Below, piece by piece: positions 26,431 through 39,212 of a DNA stretch of 64,000 nt. The position numbers were made by a program, and so were the translations under genes. Under the pieces are notes generated by a model. It worked only from the letters and a program-made list of their open reading frames with translations, did not search any database and was not told the origin of the DNA. Source of the stretch: Somniosus microcephalus (Eukaryota); assembly GCA_052327205.1 (NCBI GenBank), contig CM126214.1:138198001-138262000 (forward strand), written 5' to 3'. Every line of letters starts with the position of its first letter. Positions within the stretch are counted from its first letter, which is position 1.

Positions 26431-29400
26431 TTATAGTATACAGAATTAAATGCATGCCACACTTAAGCAAACTTATTTCCTCATTTCTGTTATATGCAGA
26501 GCTCTCCAGTCAGACAAATGCTACAACAGACACATTGCTGAGTTCAGGTGTTTGAAAGAAAAAATCATAGCAAATGCAATAAACCACACACTGAACACCC
26601 ATATAGTGTTAATATTCCATGCTAAAATTGTGCAAGAGCATGCACGAGAATGTCAAATACTGGGGATGGGGGAGGAGATTACACCAACACCCACAAACCT
26701 CCATTTTCAAATGTTTTATAAAGTTAAATCCAGATTTAAAATAATTCAATGGATTAAAACTAAAGTTAAAACCAGGAAAAAAAAAATTAAAAATGTTAAA
26801 CTAGCAAGAATACACCAGTCTGGTGCTGGTTACAAATGGTTTTTATTTTAATTAACTTTTTCTACTTTTTTGGGAGTTATACACAACTAGCGAGACTAAT
26901 GATTTAGATAGAAAAATCAAAAACTACAGGCCACACTCGAACCAGATGCTATCTCCACATGCAACTGAAAGATGTAAAAGAAAGCAAATAACTCGACACT
27001 CAAAATGACAAGATTCCAGGGAATTGCATGGCTCGGCAAGTGGAGACCGTCAAAACTCAAGTTAATCATTAAAAACGGAAAACTTCGGGATACTCGGTCA
27101 CCATTACACATCCTCACATGACAGTGACTGAACTGTATAGTAATTACACCAACATGCTTTGGTTTAATTAGCACGTGGTATACAATAATTATTTAACTGC
27201 AGTGGAAAAATGCCAGCATATAGAACGAAACAGCTTTGCCAGTGACCCTTATTACATGAGCAACTATCAAATACAATTCTAACTGTAAAGGATGTTAAAA
27301 CAAGATCTGCAAAAGAGAAATCCATTTTCAATTATAGTTTACAATTTAGTACTGGCTAGACAGACAATCTAAATGAAGTGCTAACTGTCTTATCTAATGC
27401 AGTCAGTTTAAACAGAATCCCATAATTGAGGAGATTAACATTCTAGTAACTGGGAACATTAGCATGAGATGCAACAATGGTAAAACTAGTTAAACTGTCA
27501 ATAGAAAAAAATTGCAAATGTGAAGGGCTCAAAATAAATATTCTGAATGGTCTAAAACACAAATCCTTGCCAGTATGGCAGTGGGAGGCTCAACAATTAA
27601 ACTCAATTTCAGTTCCACTTCACATCATGACAAAACTGAGCTAAAGTAGCATATTGAGCTCAAGGCATAAAGGTGCACTTTTTCACTATTTTTGTCTGCC
27701 ATGTTCAGCTCTCTCCCTCTCATATGAAGATCAAACTTGGAATTTTGTTCCTCTTTCCACTGCAGCACAATTCAGCATCTATTTATAATGTTCAGCAATC
27801 TGGCTGCAGTTGAGGTAATTTACAGTAACTTATGGGGAATGTGTTTCCCAACAGACTGGGTTGGACTTTTTGGTCCAAATTTACTGCTCTCAAGTCTATG
27901 CAAAACAGAACGAGATTCAAATTCTTCCCCCCACTCCCTTCATTAAAGAGACTGATTTTTACTCCTATTCAAAAAAAAAAGGTTTAATTAATGGAAGTCT
28001 GTTTGCATATCTTTTGAGAAGTTATTTTCCCAAAAATTAGCTTTGAATCCAATTTTCTTCCTCCATTTCTGTCTGGAGCACAATTTCATGGGCCTTTACA
28101 GTACCTCGGCCCAAATAGCCATTGTTCATGTATTAACCTCCATGGCACAGCAAGCTTCACAGCGAAACAGGATCCTGTCCTCATCCAACATGCATGCACA
28201 GTCACATCAGGGGTCGCCAGATAGTGAGAACCATGGACAAATTTCCCCTCCCTAGCACGGGGTGCCGAGATTAGTCCCTACTGATGAAGGCCGAGTTAGC
28301 TGGAACACGTGCAGATGAAACCTGGTACTTTCCTGCACTGTATGCTCAGCTAGTAGCTGAATAAACTCACTAAGCCAAGTATGTTGAACAGACAGTGACT
28401 TAATTACTGGCAAATTTATAACATGTATGCGGTTTTATTCAATTTGTTCCACGCTGAGCCTCCGACATCAGGCAATTTGCAAACTAAGTTTTGTAAATGC
28501 ATTGGAAGTGAAAAACTGAATGAATAGTACTAGAAACAAAATCTAAATCACTTACTACACTAACCCAATGCCATCCATTAGTATTGTGCATCTCTCTGCA
28601 CAGTTTTCTAGTTTAGCTTTTAATTTAATGTAGCTTCCGATTTAAACAGAGGCTTACATTCCTGCTGTAAATTTATTTCCTCCTTGGTTTTGGGGCTCAA
28701 TTCAACTACAAAAAAATCTTCCCCCATCATGTTACTTCACATCATCTCAGAAAAGTGTATTTTTATTCCAATCTATAGACACTATGGTCAAAAGATTTAA
28801 TAAAAGCTCCAAAAAAATCTTATGCAGTACGCTGAATTAATACTTTTGTTTACAAGTGTAGTAGAGAAATGCCATTGATACTGTAACAAAATACTAGTGG
28901 GCAGCCAGACAGCATTTTTAGCAGGTCGTCAGCCTCTACAGTTCGTTTCCCAGGATATGGCTTGTGCATTGTGGCATTCATTAGAGTCCATTCTCTGATT
29001 CATCACGAGTATAGAAACAGCAAGAAGAAAACAGCTGCATGGAAGGGTGGCTGCTGGAAATGCAGAATTATTGTACACACACACACACACGGGAGAAGAA
29101 CTGTGGGCTGAAAGTGAATTATGAATCCAACTTTTTTTTTATATATCTAACTACAGCAACATGCATATGTAGAAGCAGCACTCCAAATACAGGTTTGCAA
29201 AAGACAATTCCTAAATAAGAAATACAAGAAATCTGGTAGCATCAGCAACTGGAGTTAAATAAAAAGTTAACTAGAAATGTGGATTTGAACTTTATACATG
29301 CTCCCCAAGGCGCAATGGGGTTCATTGATGCAGCCTGTGAAAACAAAGGTTTGAACACCCAAAGAAAATCCAATTTAGACATTCATTACTCACAAAATAG

Positions 29401-30064
29401 ATACTTGTCAACTTGCCTAGCACTAGAGCCGCCTCAGATTAATGAGTGATTTGCAATGCTATGGTCAAGCATTGGTACGAAAATCCATTAATATAGTTTA
29501 AAATTGTATTCAAAAATGTTTGAAGTAAGTTTTGTTTTAAAACCAAAGCTAAAATTAATCAGACAAGAATGATATTGGATAAGAGTATAATGCAAACTTC
29601 CATGCTTTATAAACTCAGGTTATATTACCAATTTAAGAAAGAACGGTCAACATAAATCAGTTTGAAAGATTGTACAGGTTCTCTCAGTATGGTTAGAAAC
29701 CCATGGTTTGTGCCACCAGCTTCCAACAGAACAAATGGAATTATTACTACTTCTACCAAAGTGATATTATTGGCACTCCCTCAAGTGGTAGAGTGCAAGA
29801 ATTGCAGTAATAAAATTCTAAAATATTCTATTGGTATGGTCTTCACACCGATTTTGAACAAGTTGCTGACATCGTACAATGCACAAGGTACTCAATTCTA
29901 CACCAATTCAGCAATCAATGGCCCATGGCAGGCAGACCATAAAAATCCCTATTGGCGATATTAGCAACCATTTGCACGGAATAGCCACTCTGCCAACAGC
30001 AGCAAAGTGGCTTCCTCTGCAACGATTATTCTAAGTTACAAGTTGATGGCACATGCGGAAGAGG

Positions 30065-30102
<38 letters not shown>

Positions 30103-31459
30103 CAAAAAAAAAAACCACCTTGCATTGCAAATACATCCCTCGAGGGTACCCTTTATTTCAAGTGAGCATCCCACTATAATGTGAAAGTATGGAGGAGAAA
30201 CAGCCATTTTATACTGCGACAGTACAAGGCACTGGTACAAAGTGTTTATTTTTACTCTAATGGTTCTTGTGCATTTCTTTCATTGCAAGACAAGTATCTT
30301 TTTACTCAGTATCCTTGCATTACAAGAAGTGCACTTTCCCTAAAATTTCACAAAAATAATTGTTTAAAAAATCTTGAATTGCACCTTTGATTAGCAAGCT
30401 GAATTGCTGTAGCGTTTACTTTGTTTAATTAAATTTATAAAAAAAATACCAATGTACAATCTAACGTGGCAGCTGAGTATCTAGCAATTTGATGTTTCAA
30501 AATGTAGCCTAATGACCCTTAATTAAACTAGTTGTTTAAAAGGTACACAAACACTATAAAACAGGCCAGGAAGTTTACACCAAGGTTGCTACCAGCTGTA
30601 CGACACTGGTAGACCAGAGACCAATGAAATTAGTGGGCAAATACAAAAATCAGCTTTTCATATTTACAACACAACTAGTGACTGGCAGTGTAGAGGCTTA
30701 GAAATTTTAAAAGGCCATTACCAGTACAGTTTAAATGGCCATTTCCTTAAATGGAAACAGCCCCAGTTTAAAGTTGTACTCTAGAATTGAACATCTACAG
30801 TTCATTCAAAACCATTTGGCTTGCATTATAAGTGAACATTACCTAGTGGAGTAATGTATGACTCTCTCTTCCGTGAATATACAGATTTGCATTTAAAAAG
30901 ACCAGAATGGAATTTGAATGAAGGGTTGTGGTGAGGTTGGAGGTGGTGGATAGGATTTAAAAACTTGCATGTAAATTGTTTGAACTATCACATCATCTCA
31001 TTTTCTCAGTAAGATACTAAAATTAAAATAAACTCTCAGCAAAGGTGGTGTATAAAGCAAATTGAAATTTTGAAATTTGAAAAGAAAATCAAATTCAAGG
31101 AAAGTTGCATCAACACAGCAGCCAACTGTTCCGAATTAAGACCATAGCTTGGCAGAATGACTCGAAAAGTAGAAATGATTTTATTTGCATATCATTCCCA
31201 TTGTAAAGTACAAATTCATTTCACTGTTTATCTCTGCGTCACTTCCCCTCCCATGGATTTTAAAACCTCAAGATGTTTAACATTTGGCAAGTGCGTTATA
31301 CCAATGAGCTGTACCACATAGAAACAGGATATGTTCTCAGAAACGTCTTTATTTCAGCTAACCCATGTAGGGACTCCCATCAAATTGCCCAGGTGATCTA
31401 GTGAATTATTTTTCTTTTTCATACAGATAGTGTTCAGAAATGAAAGGTTATGAACAAAA

Positions 31460-31672
31460 AGCAAAATACTGCAGCTGCTGGAAATCAAAGAAAACCCAAA
31501 ATACTAGAACAGAGGTCAGGCAGTATCTGTGGAGAGAACAGACAAATTAACATTTCTGGTGTGGAACTTTCAACAGAACTGAAGGGTCCGTCCGCACATG
31601 AAATGTTAACTTGCCCATTTTCTCCATGGATTTTACCTGACCTGCTGAGTGCTTCCAGCATTTTCTGAATTT
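31460..31672. mobile_element. Palindromic Penelope-tail-derived repeat
   Basis: Head-to-head copies of the CCTGACCTGCTGAG...TCCAGCATTTTCTG tail also seen at 25460-25500 and 62470-62520. Confidence 0.65.
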
Positions 31673-34600
31673 CTTCACGAAAGGTTGATCCTATTTTTGT
31701 TCTGCAATAGGAATATATCTGCAAATGTGTTTACCACAAAGTATCACTATAATGAACAGAGACATTTTACAAGTGCCATCAGATAAAATATCTATTACCT
31801 AAATACCTTGGTTAGTTGCATATGATAATCAAATGCTTTCTTGTATTACACAGAGCATTAGCCATTGGGCTGAGTGCGTACATCATGCAAACAAAGGATA
31901 AACTGCAGGATACTGGCATACACAGCAAGTAGAAACAACTGACAAACACAGACAACAAAGTTTCTAGAGTTTTTGAACATTAGGTCCACAAGAGAGAGTG
32001 TTGAACTAGACCTATGCAGTGGTCCTGGGTGACTGACAGCTGAAGTGAACAAATAAAATAAAAAGGGGTGTCACATCATACGGTCTTGCTTACAATGCTT
32101 GCACATTATACACATTAGTCGCAGACCAGAGTTTTCAGATGGAGGGTAATGCCCTGGGGAAGCTACGTGCAGTCCTGGACCAATAAGAGCAGCTTTTTGT
32201 TCAGCAGGCGAGCAAGATGGCTGAGCATAGAAAAACTATTGCAGAATATGGAAGGAATAATGTGAGGCAGTGAACAAGTGCATGTCCTGGGTCAGCAACT
32301 TTTTGTTAACACAAATTAGGACTAATACATATTGGAGGAAAATGACGGTCAGAGACTCAGACTAAATTTGTTAAGCAGACTATAATTAGTGACAAATTTG
32401 TAATAAAGACAAATTGAAATAAAAAAGTTATTTCTAGAGCTGTTGTGGAACCAAAACCTTTTCTTGTTCTATTTAAAATGGAACTCCTGATCGTGCTTCT
32501 CAAATAATGGTAACAAAGGATGAAGCACCAAAAATGACTCTTGGGGGCCATTGATGCATCTGTTTAAATTAGTCTTGCATGTCTGCATAGAGCTTTGAAA
32601 TATTGGCAAAATGCAATCCTAGGGTTTAGAGATCAGAGCTATAAAATCATTTCACTTCATTTGAAAAAAAAAAGCAATTAACTTGGGAGTTCAAATTGAC
32701 AAACTGCTTTTATATTGGTCCAACATTAATCCGGATTCTGGTAAACTACCACTTTTGTAAGCCAGCTCTCCGGTTATGCTGCTAAATCCAGCCCCCTTAT
32801 CCTGCTGCCAATCTCTCAGATCCGCAAAAATACCAAGTCTGCAAATGTACCACCAGAATAAGGGGCCCGAGTCCAATAGTGTAAACACCAGGGGCAGTGC
32901 ATGGATATCATCGCCAGGAATCTGAATTAGTACAGCACCAATAGAAAAAAAACAAAAACCAACACCATTATTAAAATAGACAAACACCACAACGCAAATA
33001 AACTTATTTCCTACTGTAATCTTCAATTTCCCTGTTTGGCAAGCAATGTACAGAGTGAAACTTCAGACAATGTCCAACAAGCAAACAACTGAGAACAGCT
33101 TGAAGGATCTTGGCATGATCAAAGCACGATATTCCTCGCCCTTCCTTCCTACCCAAGCTAAGATTCATATACTTTGTACAAAATTTATGGCAGTTGATAA
33201 CTGTACTGGAGAATATATCCACAGATGCAGCCCCAATCAGTTAAAGGGCACAGTATAATGCAATATTTAAAATAAACCAGACCCTAATAATTTAGAAAAT
33301 CGTGGTTTTATATAAAAATCACACTCGAGCAGGGTGATTGGAATATGGCTATACTGAACAAGCTGGTCCACATAAGTAACTACTAGCACTAATGAAAAGG
33401 TCCTTCCAGTGTACTATAGCACTGTTATTGCTAAAATGTTGCAGTGGTAAAATCATATGACCAATTAGCATGGTTGTAAACATGCCAACAAGTTCTGGTT
33501 TTAAAAAAGATGTTCATCTAATGTTCTACAGGACTTTGTAACGTGGGCTATGAAAGGAGTGTACAACATGACTAGGAAGGTGTAATCTACTGCTCACTTT
33601 AGTCATTTACATTTATTACAAAAATGGACGCAACACACTATTTTAGACAAATTAAGTTGGTTCAACAGTGGCAGGACTTATTCATCTCAAACCCTCTGGC
33701 TGACTGTTCCGAGCTCCGTTGCACCTGCCTGAACAACAAGTTTGAACACCTCTTGCCAAATGAACTCTGGACTGAACAGCACGCAAACAATGCCACTCCT
33801 TCATACATAATCATTTAAAAAGGAGTAGCACACAATGCAAGTCAGCATGCATTTCGACATCTGTTACAGGAACACCATGAAGGAAATTCCTACACATAAC
33901 AGTAATGCTTCACTGTACACTATAGTTGGTGTTTGTGAAAACCCGAGAAGCACAATCAGGGGTTTCCCATGAAAAATGGAAGGCCTAGCAGGCGTAGGTA
34001 GGCAGGCAGCTCAAATATAGCTATGCTGTGTCAAAAGGAAATCCTCTCAAAAAGGATGAAGCATTGCAGCAAATCCAGGCCAATTTTGAGTGGTGGAAAT
34101 ATGCAAATTGAATGTGGGGTTAAGTAGCAATGCAAAAATTAGGTCATAAAAGCTGAAAATTACTACATAATCCACAGAAAATGGGGCACTTAACTCAATA
34201 TGAAGTTTTAAACACCCACTTACCACTGAATGTAGTAGTTTTTTTTTTAAATAAAAGGGTGCCATGTTAAATTTTCTTACTGAAAACTACAAAACTATCT
34301 TCCAAAATTCTGCCATAACTTTAAAACCAAGCTTCAAAAGCATAAAAATTGTACTGTGCAATATTATTGTATGAACGTTTGATGCAGCTGCCGCAACACT
34401 CACTATTTTAACAGAAGCAGGAAACTGCTCATTTTAAAAAGCACCAATAGTGCACAGCATAATATCCAGGCTCCAATGGCAATATTCTGAGGGATTCAAG
34501 GTGCTCAATTATGCTAGACATGAGATACAGAACAGTTTTTCACTAAATAAGTCTGCTCTTCATTCAAATTATCCATTAATTTTTTTTTTTTTTTTTTAAG

Positions 34601-37600
34601 CACCAAATTCACATTTCCCCAATTTAAATTATTGCATCATTTAAATCTTTTGACACAAGTGACTTCAAATTATCAAGCGTGGACTGTACATCAAATTGAA
34701 AACATTGAACCAATTTGAATGGGTTAAAGCAGGAAGTTGCAGTCTTTAATTTACTTTTCCTGGCCCTTTATCTTACATTCTTTACTCATTTATTATCACT
34801 CCTTTCTGTAAAATTTGTTGATTACTCACCTGGTGGCAGAGCTAGTTTTTTCCCCCCAAATGACTAAGTGAGACAGCAATAAGGGCTCTACAACTAGCCC
34901 AAGTATTAAGCAGCAAAGGGGTTGGGTGATGAAAAGGAAAAGCGTTATATAGAATTCCCATCCCTGACAATGAGCATCAACAAGTAATTTGGCTTCTAGA
35001 GCATCATGGCCTAATTCAATCCTGGATTCACCACAAATGTATATAACAATCTGGTGTGGGAACTCTGTCCTCTCTCTCACTTCATGCAGCAGCCAAATTT
35101 GCAGAGCTCCACTAGAACCCCAGCCAAGATTAACTAACTTAGTACAGGGTCTGTATATTTCAGTATTACACCAAACAGTGCATTCAACAGGAGCCATCAG
35201 GCACGAATTATAATTTTTTTTTTATTTTTTAAACTTTCAATACAGAAATCGACAGTATAAATAGAAGGCACTGGCAGGAAAAGGCCGGATATTGGAGAGT
35301 AAATCAACTCACGATGTGAAGCATAAAAACTACAAATTCATTATTTTAGCACCATTCCATTCATCAGGATGGAGAACTTTAAACGTTGAGCTACAGAGGT
35401 AAAGAGCTCACATTTGTTCCCTGAAGGCTATCTGAAGTTTCTCAAGCCTGGGCCAACAACCGAGAGAGAGAGAGTTCAAATCTCACCATGGCAGTTTGAG
35501 AATTTAAATTCAATTTTTAAAAAAGCCAGCATCAATAAAAGTGACCAGGAAGCAGTCATATTGTCATAAAAACCCAACTCGTTCATTCATAAGAGAACAT
35601 AAGAAATAGGAGCAGGAATAGGCCAATCGGCCCCTCGAGCCTGCTCCGCCATTCAATAAGATCATGGCTGATCTGATCCTAACCGCCAATCCACTACCAC
35701 AGAACCATCTCCTGAATCTAACAGAATTAGACACACGAAATAGGAGCAGGATCAGGCTACACGGCCCCTGAGCCCGCTCCGCTACCCACAGGGCCATGAC
35801 CGATCCGAACCTAGACTCATGTCCAAATTCCTGCCCGCTCCCCGTAACCCTTAATTCCCTTTACTTCTAGGAAACTGTCTATTTCTGTTTTAAATTTATG
35901 TAATGATGTAGCTTCTACAGCTTTTTGGGGCAGCATATTCCATGGACCTACCACCCTCTGAGTGAAGTAGTTCCTCCTCATCTCAGTTTTGAAAGAGCAG
36001 CCCCTTATTCTAAGACTATGCCCCCTAGTTCTAGTTTCACCCATCATCGGGAACATCTTCCCCGCATCCACCCGATCCAACCCCTTCACAATCTTATATG
36101 TTTCAATAAGATCACCTCTCATTCTTCTGAACTCCAATGAGTAGAGTCCCAATCTACTCAACCTCTCCTCATATGTCCATCCCCTCATCCCTGGGATTAA
36201 CTGAGTGAACCTTCTTTGTACTGACTCGAGAGCAAGTATGTCCTTTCTTAAGTATGGACACCAAAACTGTACGCAGTATTCCAGGTGCGGTCTCACCAAT
36301 ACCTTGTACAACTGAAGCAATACCTCCCTATTTTTATATTCTATCCCCCTACCAATGAAAGCCAACATTCCATTGGCCTTCTTAATCACTTGCTGCACCT
36401 GCATACTAACCTTTTGAGTTTCGTGCACCAGGACCCCCAGATCCCTTAGTACTTCCCAGTTTCTTGCCATTAAGATAATAACTTGCTCTATGATTTTTCC
36501 TGCCGAAAACTGCATAACCTCACACTTTCCAGTATTGTATTCCATCTGCCAAATCTCTGCCCACTTACTTAGCCTGTCTATGTCCCCTTGCAGGTTTTTT
36601 TTATGTCCTCCTCACTCACTACTTTCCCTCCCATCTTAGTATCATCTGCAAACTTTGATATGTTACACTCGGTCCCGGTCCCCTCCTCCAAATCGTTAAT
36701 ATAGATTGTAAAGAGTTGGGGACCCAGCACTGACCCCTGCGGAACACCACTAGTTACTGATTGCCAGTCTGAGAATGAACCATTTATCCCAACTCTCTGC
36801 CTTCTGTTAGATAGCCAATCCTCTATCCATACCAGAATATTACCCCCAATCCCGTGATTTTTTATCTTAAGCAATAATCTTGTGTGGCACCTTGTCAAAT
36901 GCCTTTTGGAAGTCTAAATACACTACGTCCACTGGTTCCCCTTTATCCGCCCTATATGTTACTTCCTCAAAGAACTCCAGCAAATTTGTCAAACATGACT
37001 TCCCCTTCATAAAACCATGCTGACTTTGTCCTATTAAATGATGATTATCCAAATGTCCTGTTACTGTCTCCTTAATAATGGACTCCAAAATTTTACCTAC
37101 CACAGGTGTTAGGCTAACCGGTCTATAGTTTCCTGCCTTCTGTCTACTGCCCTTTTTAAATAAGGGTGTTACATTAGCAGTTTTCCAGTCTGCCAGGACC
37201 TTTGCTGAGTCCAGGGAGTTTTGGAAAATTACCAATGCATCCTGTAATGAAATCTGTTTGTCTTGATCCTGTATTCGTTGAGCACTCATATATATTACCC
37301 TCCCCCACTGTGTATAGTTTCACTTCCTCTTTCCCGACTAACCTGGGAGGTTCCAGGTCTTGGCTCCGCCCCTGACTTCTCTTACATAAAGATCCCAGGA
37401 TCTGTATGACTCATTCCTGTGAACCAGTCGGCGTGTTGAGATGTTAGCTCTGATCTTAGTGATTAAAAGCCAACTTGTTTAAGTCTATAACTTCTAGTTT
37501 TGTGGTTATTGAAGGCCCATCAATTTTAATCACTAAAGAATACTAGGATGGATCGACTCCTAAAACCAGAGCGTCTGGACTTGGATCCACATTCTACTGA

Positions 37601-39212
37601 AGCATCAAATCAATTTGGACACTGGCTCAAATGCTTCGAACTCTTTGCGGGGGCCTCATCCGCTAGCGAGGTAGATAAACTGAGTCTACTGACTACTCGC
37701 GTAAGTCATCGGATTTGTTCGTTCATCCGGGACGCCACCGCTTACACGGAGGCCATCACTATCCTGAAGGCCCAATACCAGAGGCCGGTAAACGAAGTGT
37801 ACGCCAGACATCTGCTGGCTACACGCAGGCAGCGACCAGAGGAATCAATGGACGATTTCTTACAGGGCCTAAAGGACCTGGTCCGGGACTGTAACTGCAA
37901 GGCCGTGACGGCCAACGCGTACTCTGACGAATTGGTCAGCGATTCCTTCATCACGGGCCTCAAATCGAATTATATCCGGCAGAGACTGCTGGAGAAGGAG
38001 GTCCTGGACTTAAAAAAGGCAGTGGCCACTGCGCGATCGCTGGACGTGGCCCAGAGAAACTCGGACTCTTATTCTTCCGGCCATGCGGCCCTCACCGCCT
38101 CGTGCGCGCCGAGGGGGCCGCCATCTTGGAATCAGCCATCTTCCCCATCCAGGTCTCAGACCAGCTCTACGCCGCCGGAGTCCCCACAGAAGTTCACCCA
38201 GGAGTCCTACTGCAGCGGCAATGTCTCGAGGCCCGAAATGCTACTTCTGCGGCCAGGCCAAGCACCCCAGACAACGATGCCCAGCGAAGGACGCTACATG
38301 CGTCAAATGTAAGAAAAAGGGGCATTTTAGCAAAGTCTGCACGGGGAATCCGATTTCCAACTCCGTCACCGCCTCGTGCGTGCTGTGCGGGCCGCCATCT
38401 TGGGATCTGCCATCTTTTCCCGACTCAACGGCCGCCCAGGGCCCAACAGTGGCTTCGATCACGGTGGATCAATCCAGGCCACACCCGTTGACAAAATCCA
38501 TGATGGACATACAGGTAAACAGGAATTTAACGAAATGTTTAATTGACTGTGGGAGTACCGAGAGTTTTATCCACCCTAGCCTGGTACGGCGGCACTCATT
38601 AACGGTAACCCCTACACGGAGCAGAATTGCTATGGCTGCTAAGCCCCACACTTCGGACATTTTGGGCTACTGTGTGGTAACACTGACTGTAAAAGGAACG
38701 GACTACAAGGATTTTAAACTCCGTGATGCCAGAACTCTGTTAATGTAATCTTGGGCCTGGACTTCCAGTGCCACCACAAAAGTGTCACGCTAGCATATGG
38801 CGGGTCCCAGCCGCCACTCACAGTCTGTGGCCTATCAACCTTAAAAAGCAGCCCGCCCTCTTTATTCGCTAATCTTGCTCCGAACTGTAGGCCCATAGCG
38901 ACCAAAAGTAGACGGTAGAGTCTGGAAGACAGACACTTTATCAAGGCGGAAGTGGACAGACTCCTGCGGGTAGGCATTATTGAATGCAGTACCAGCCCGT
39001 GGCGTGCCCAAGTAGTCATAGTTAAAAATAGCGAAAAGAAACGGATGGTAATTGACTACAGTCAGACTGTTAATATTTATACCCAGCTGGACGCCTACCC
39101 TTTACCCCGCATATCAGAAATGGTCAACCAGATTGCGCAATACCGAGTCTTCTCGACTATCGACCTCAAATCCGCGTATCACCAGCTCCCCGTTAGAATG
39201 GAGGACCGCCCA

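Noticed and set aside
38083-38312. Overlap of two gag frames in A as a programmed frameshift
   Set aside because: No obvious slippery site, the relative B is a single ORF, and A has many other frameshifts, so a mutation is more likely.
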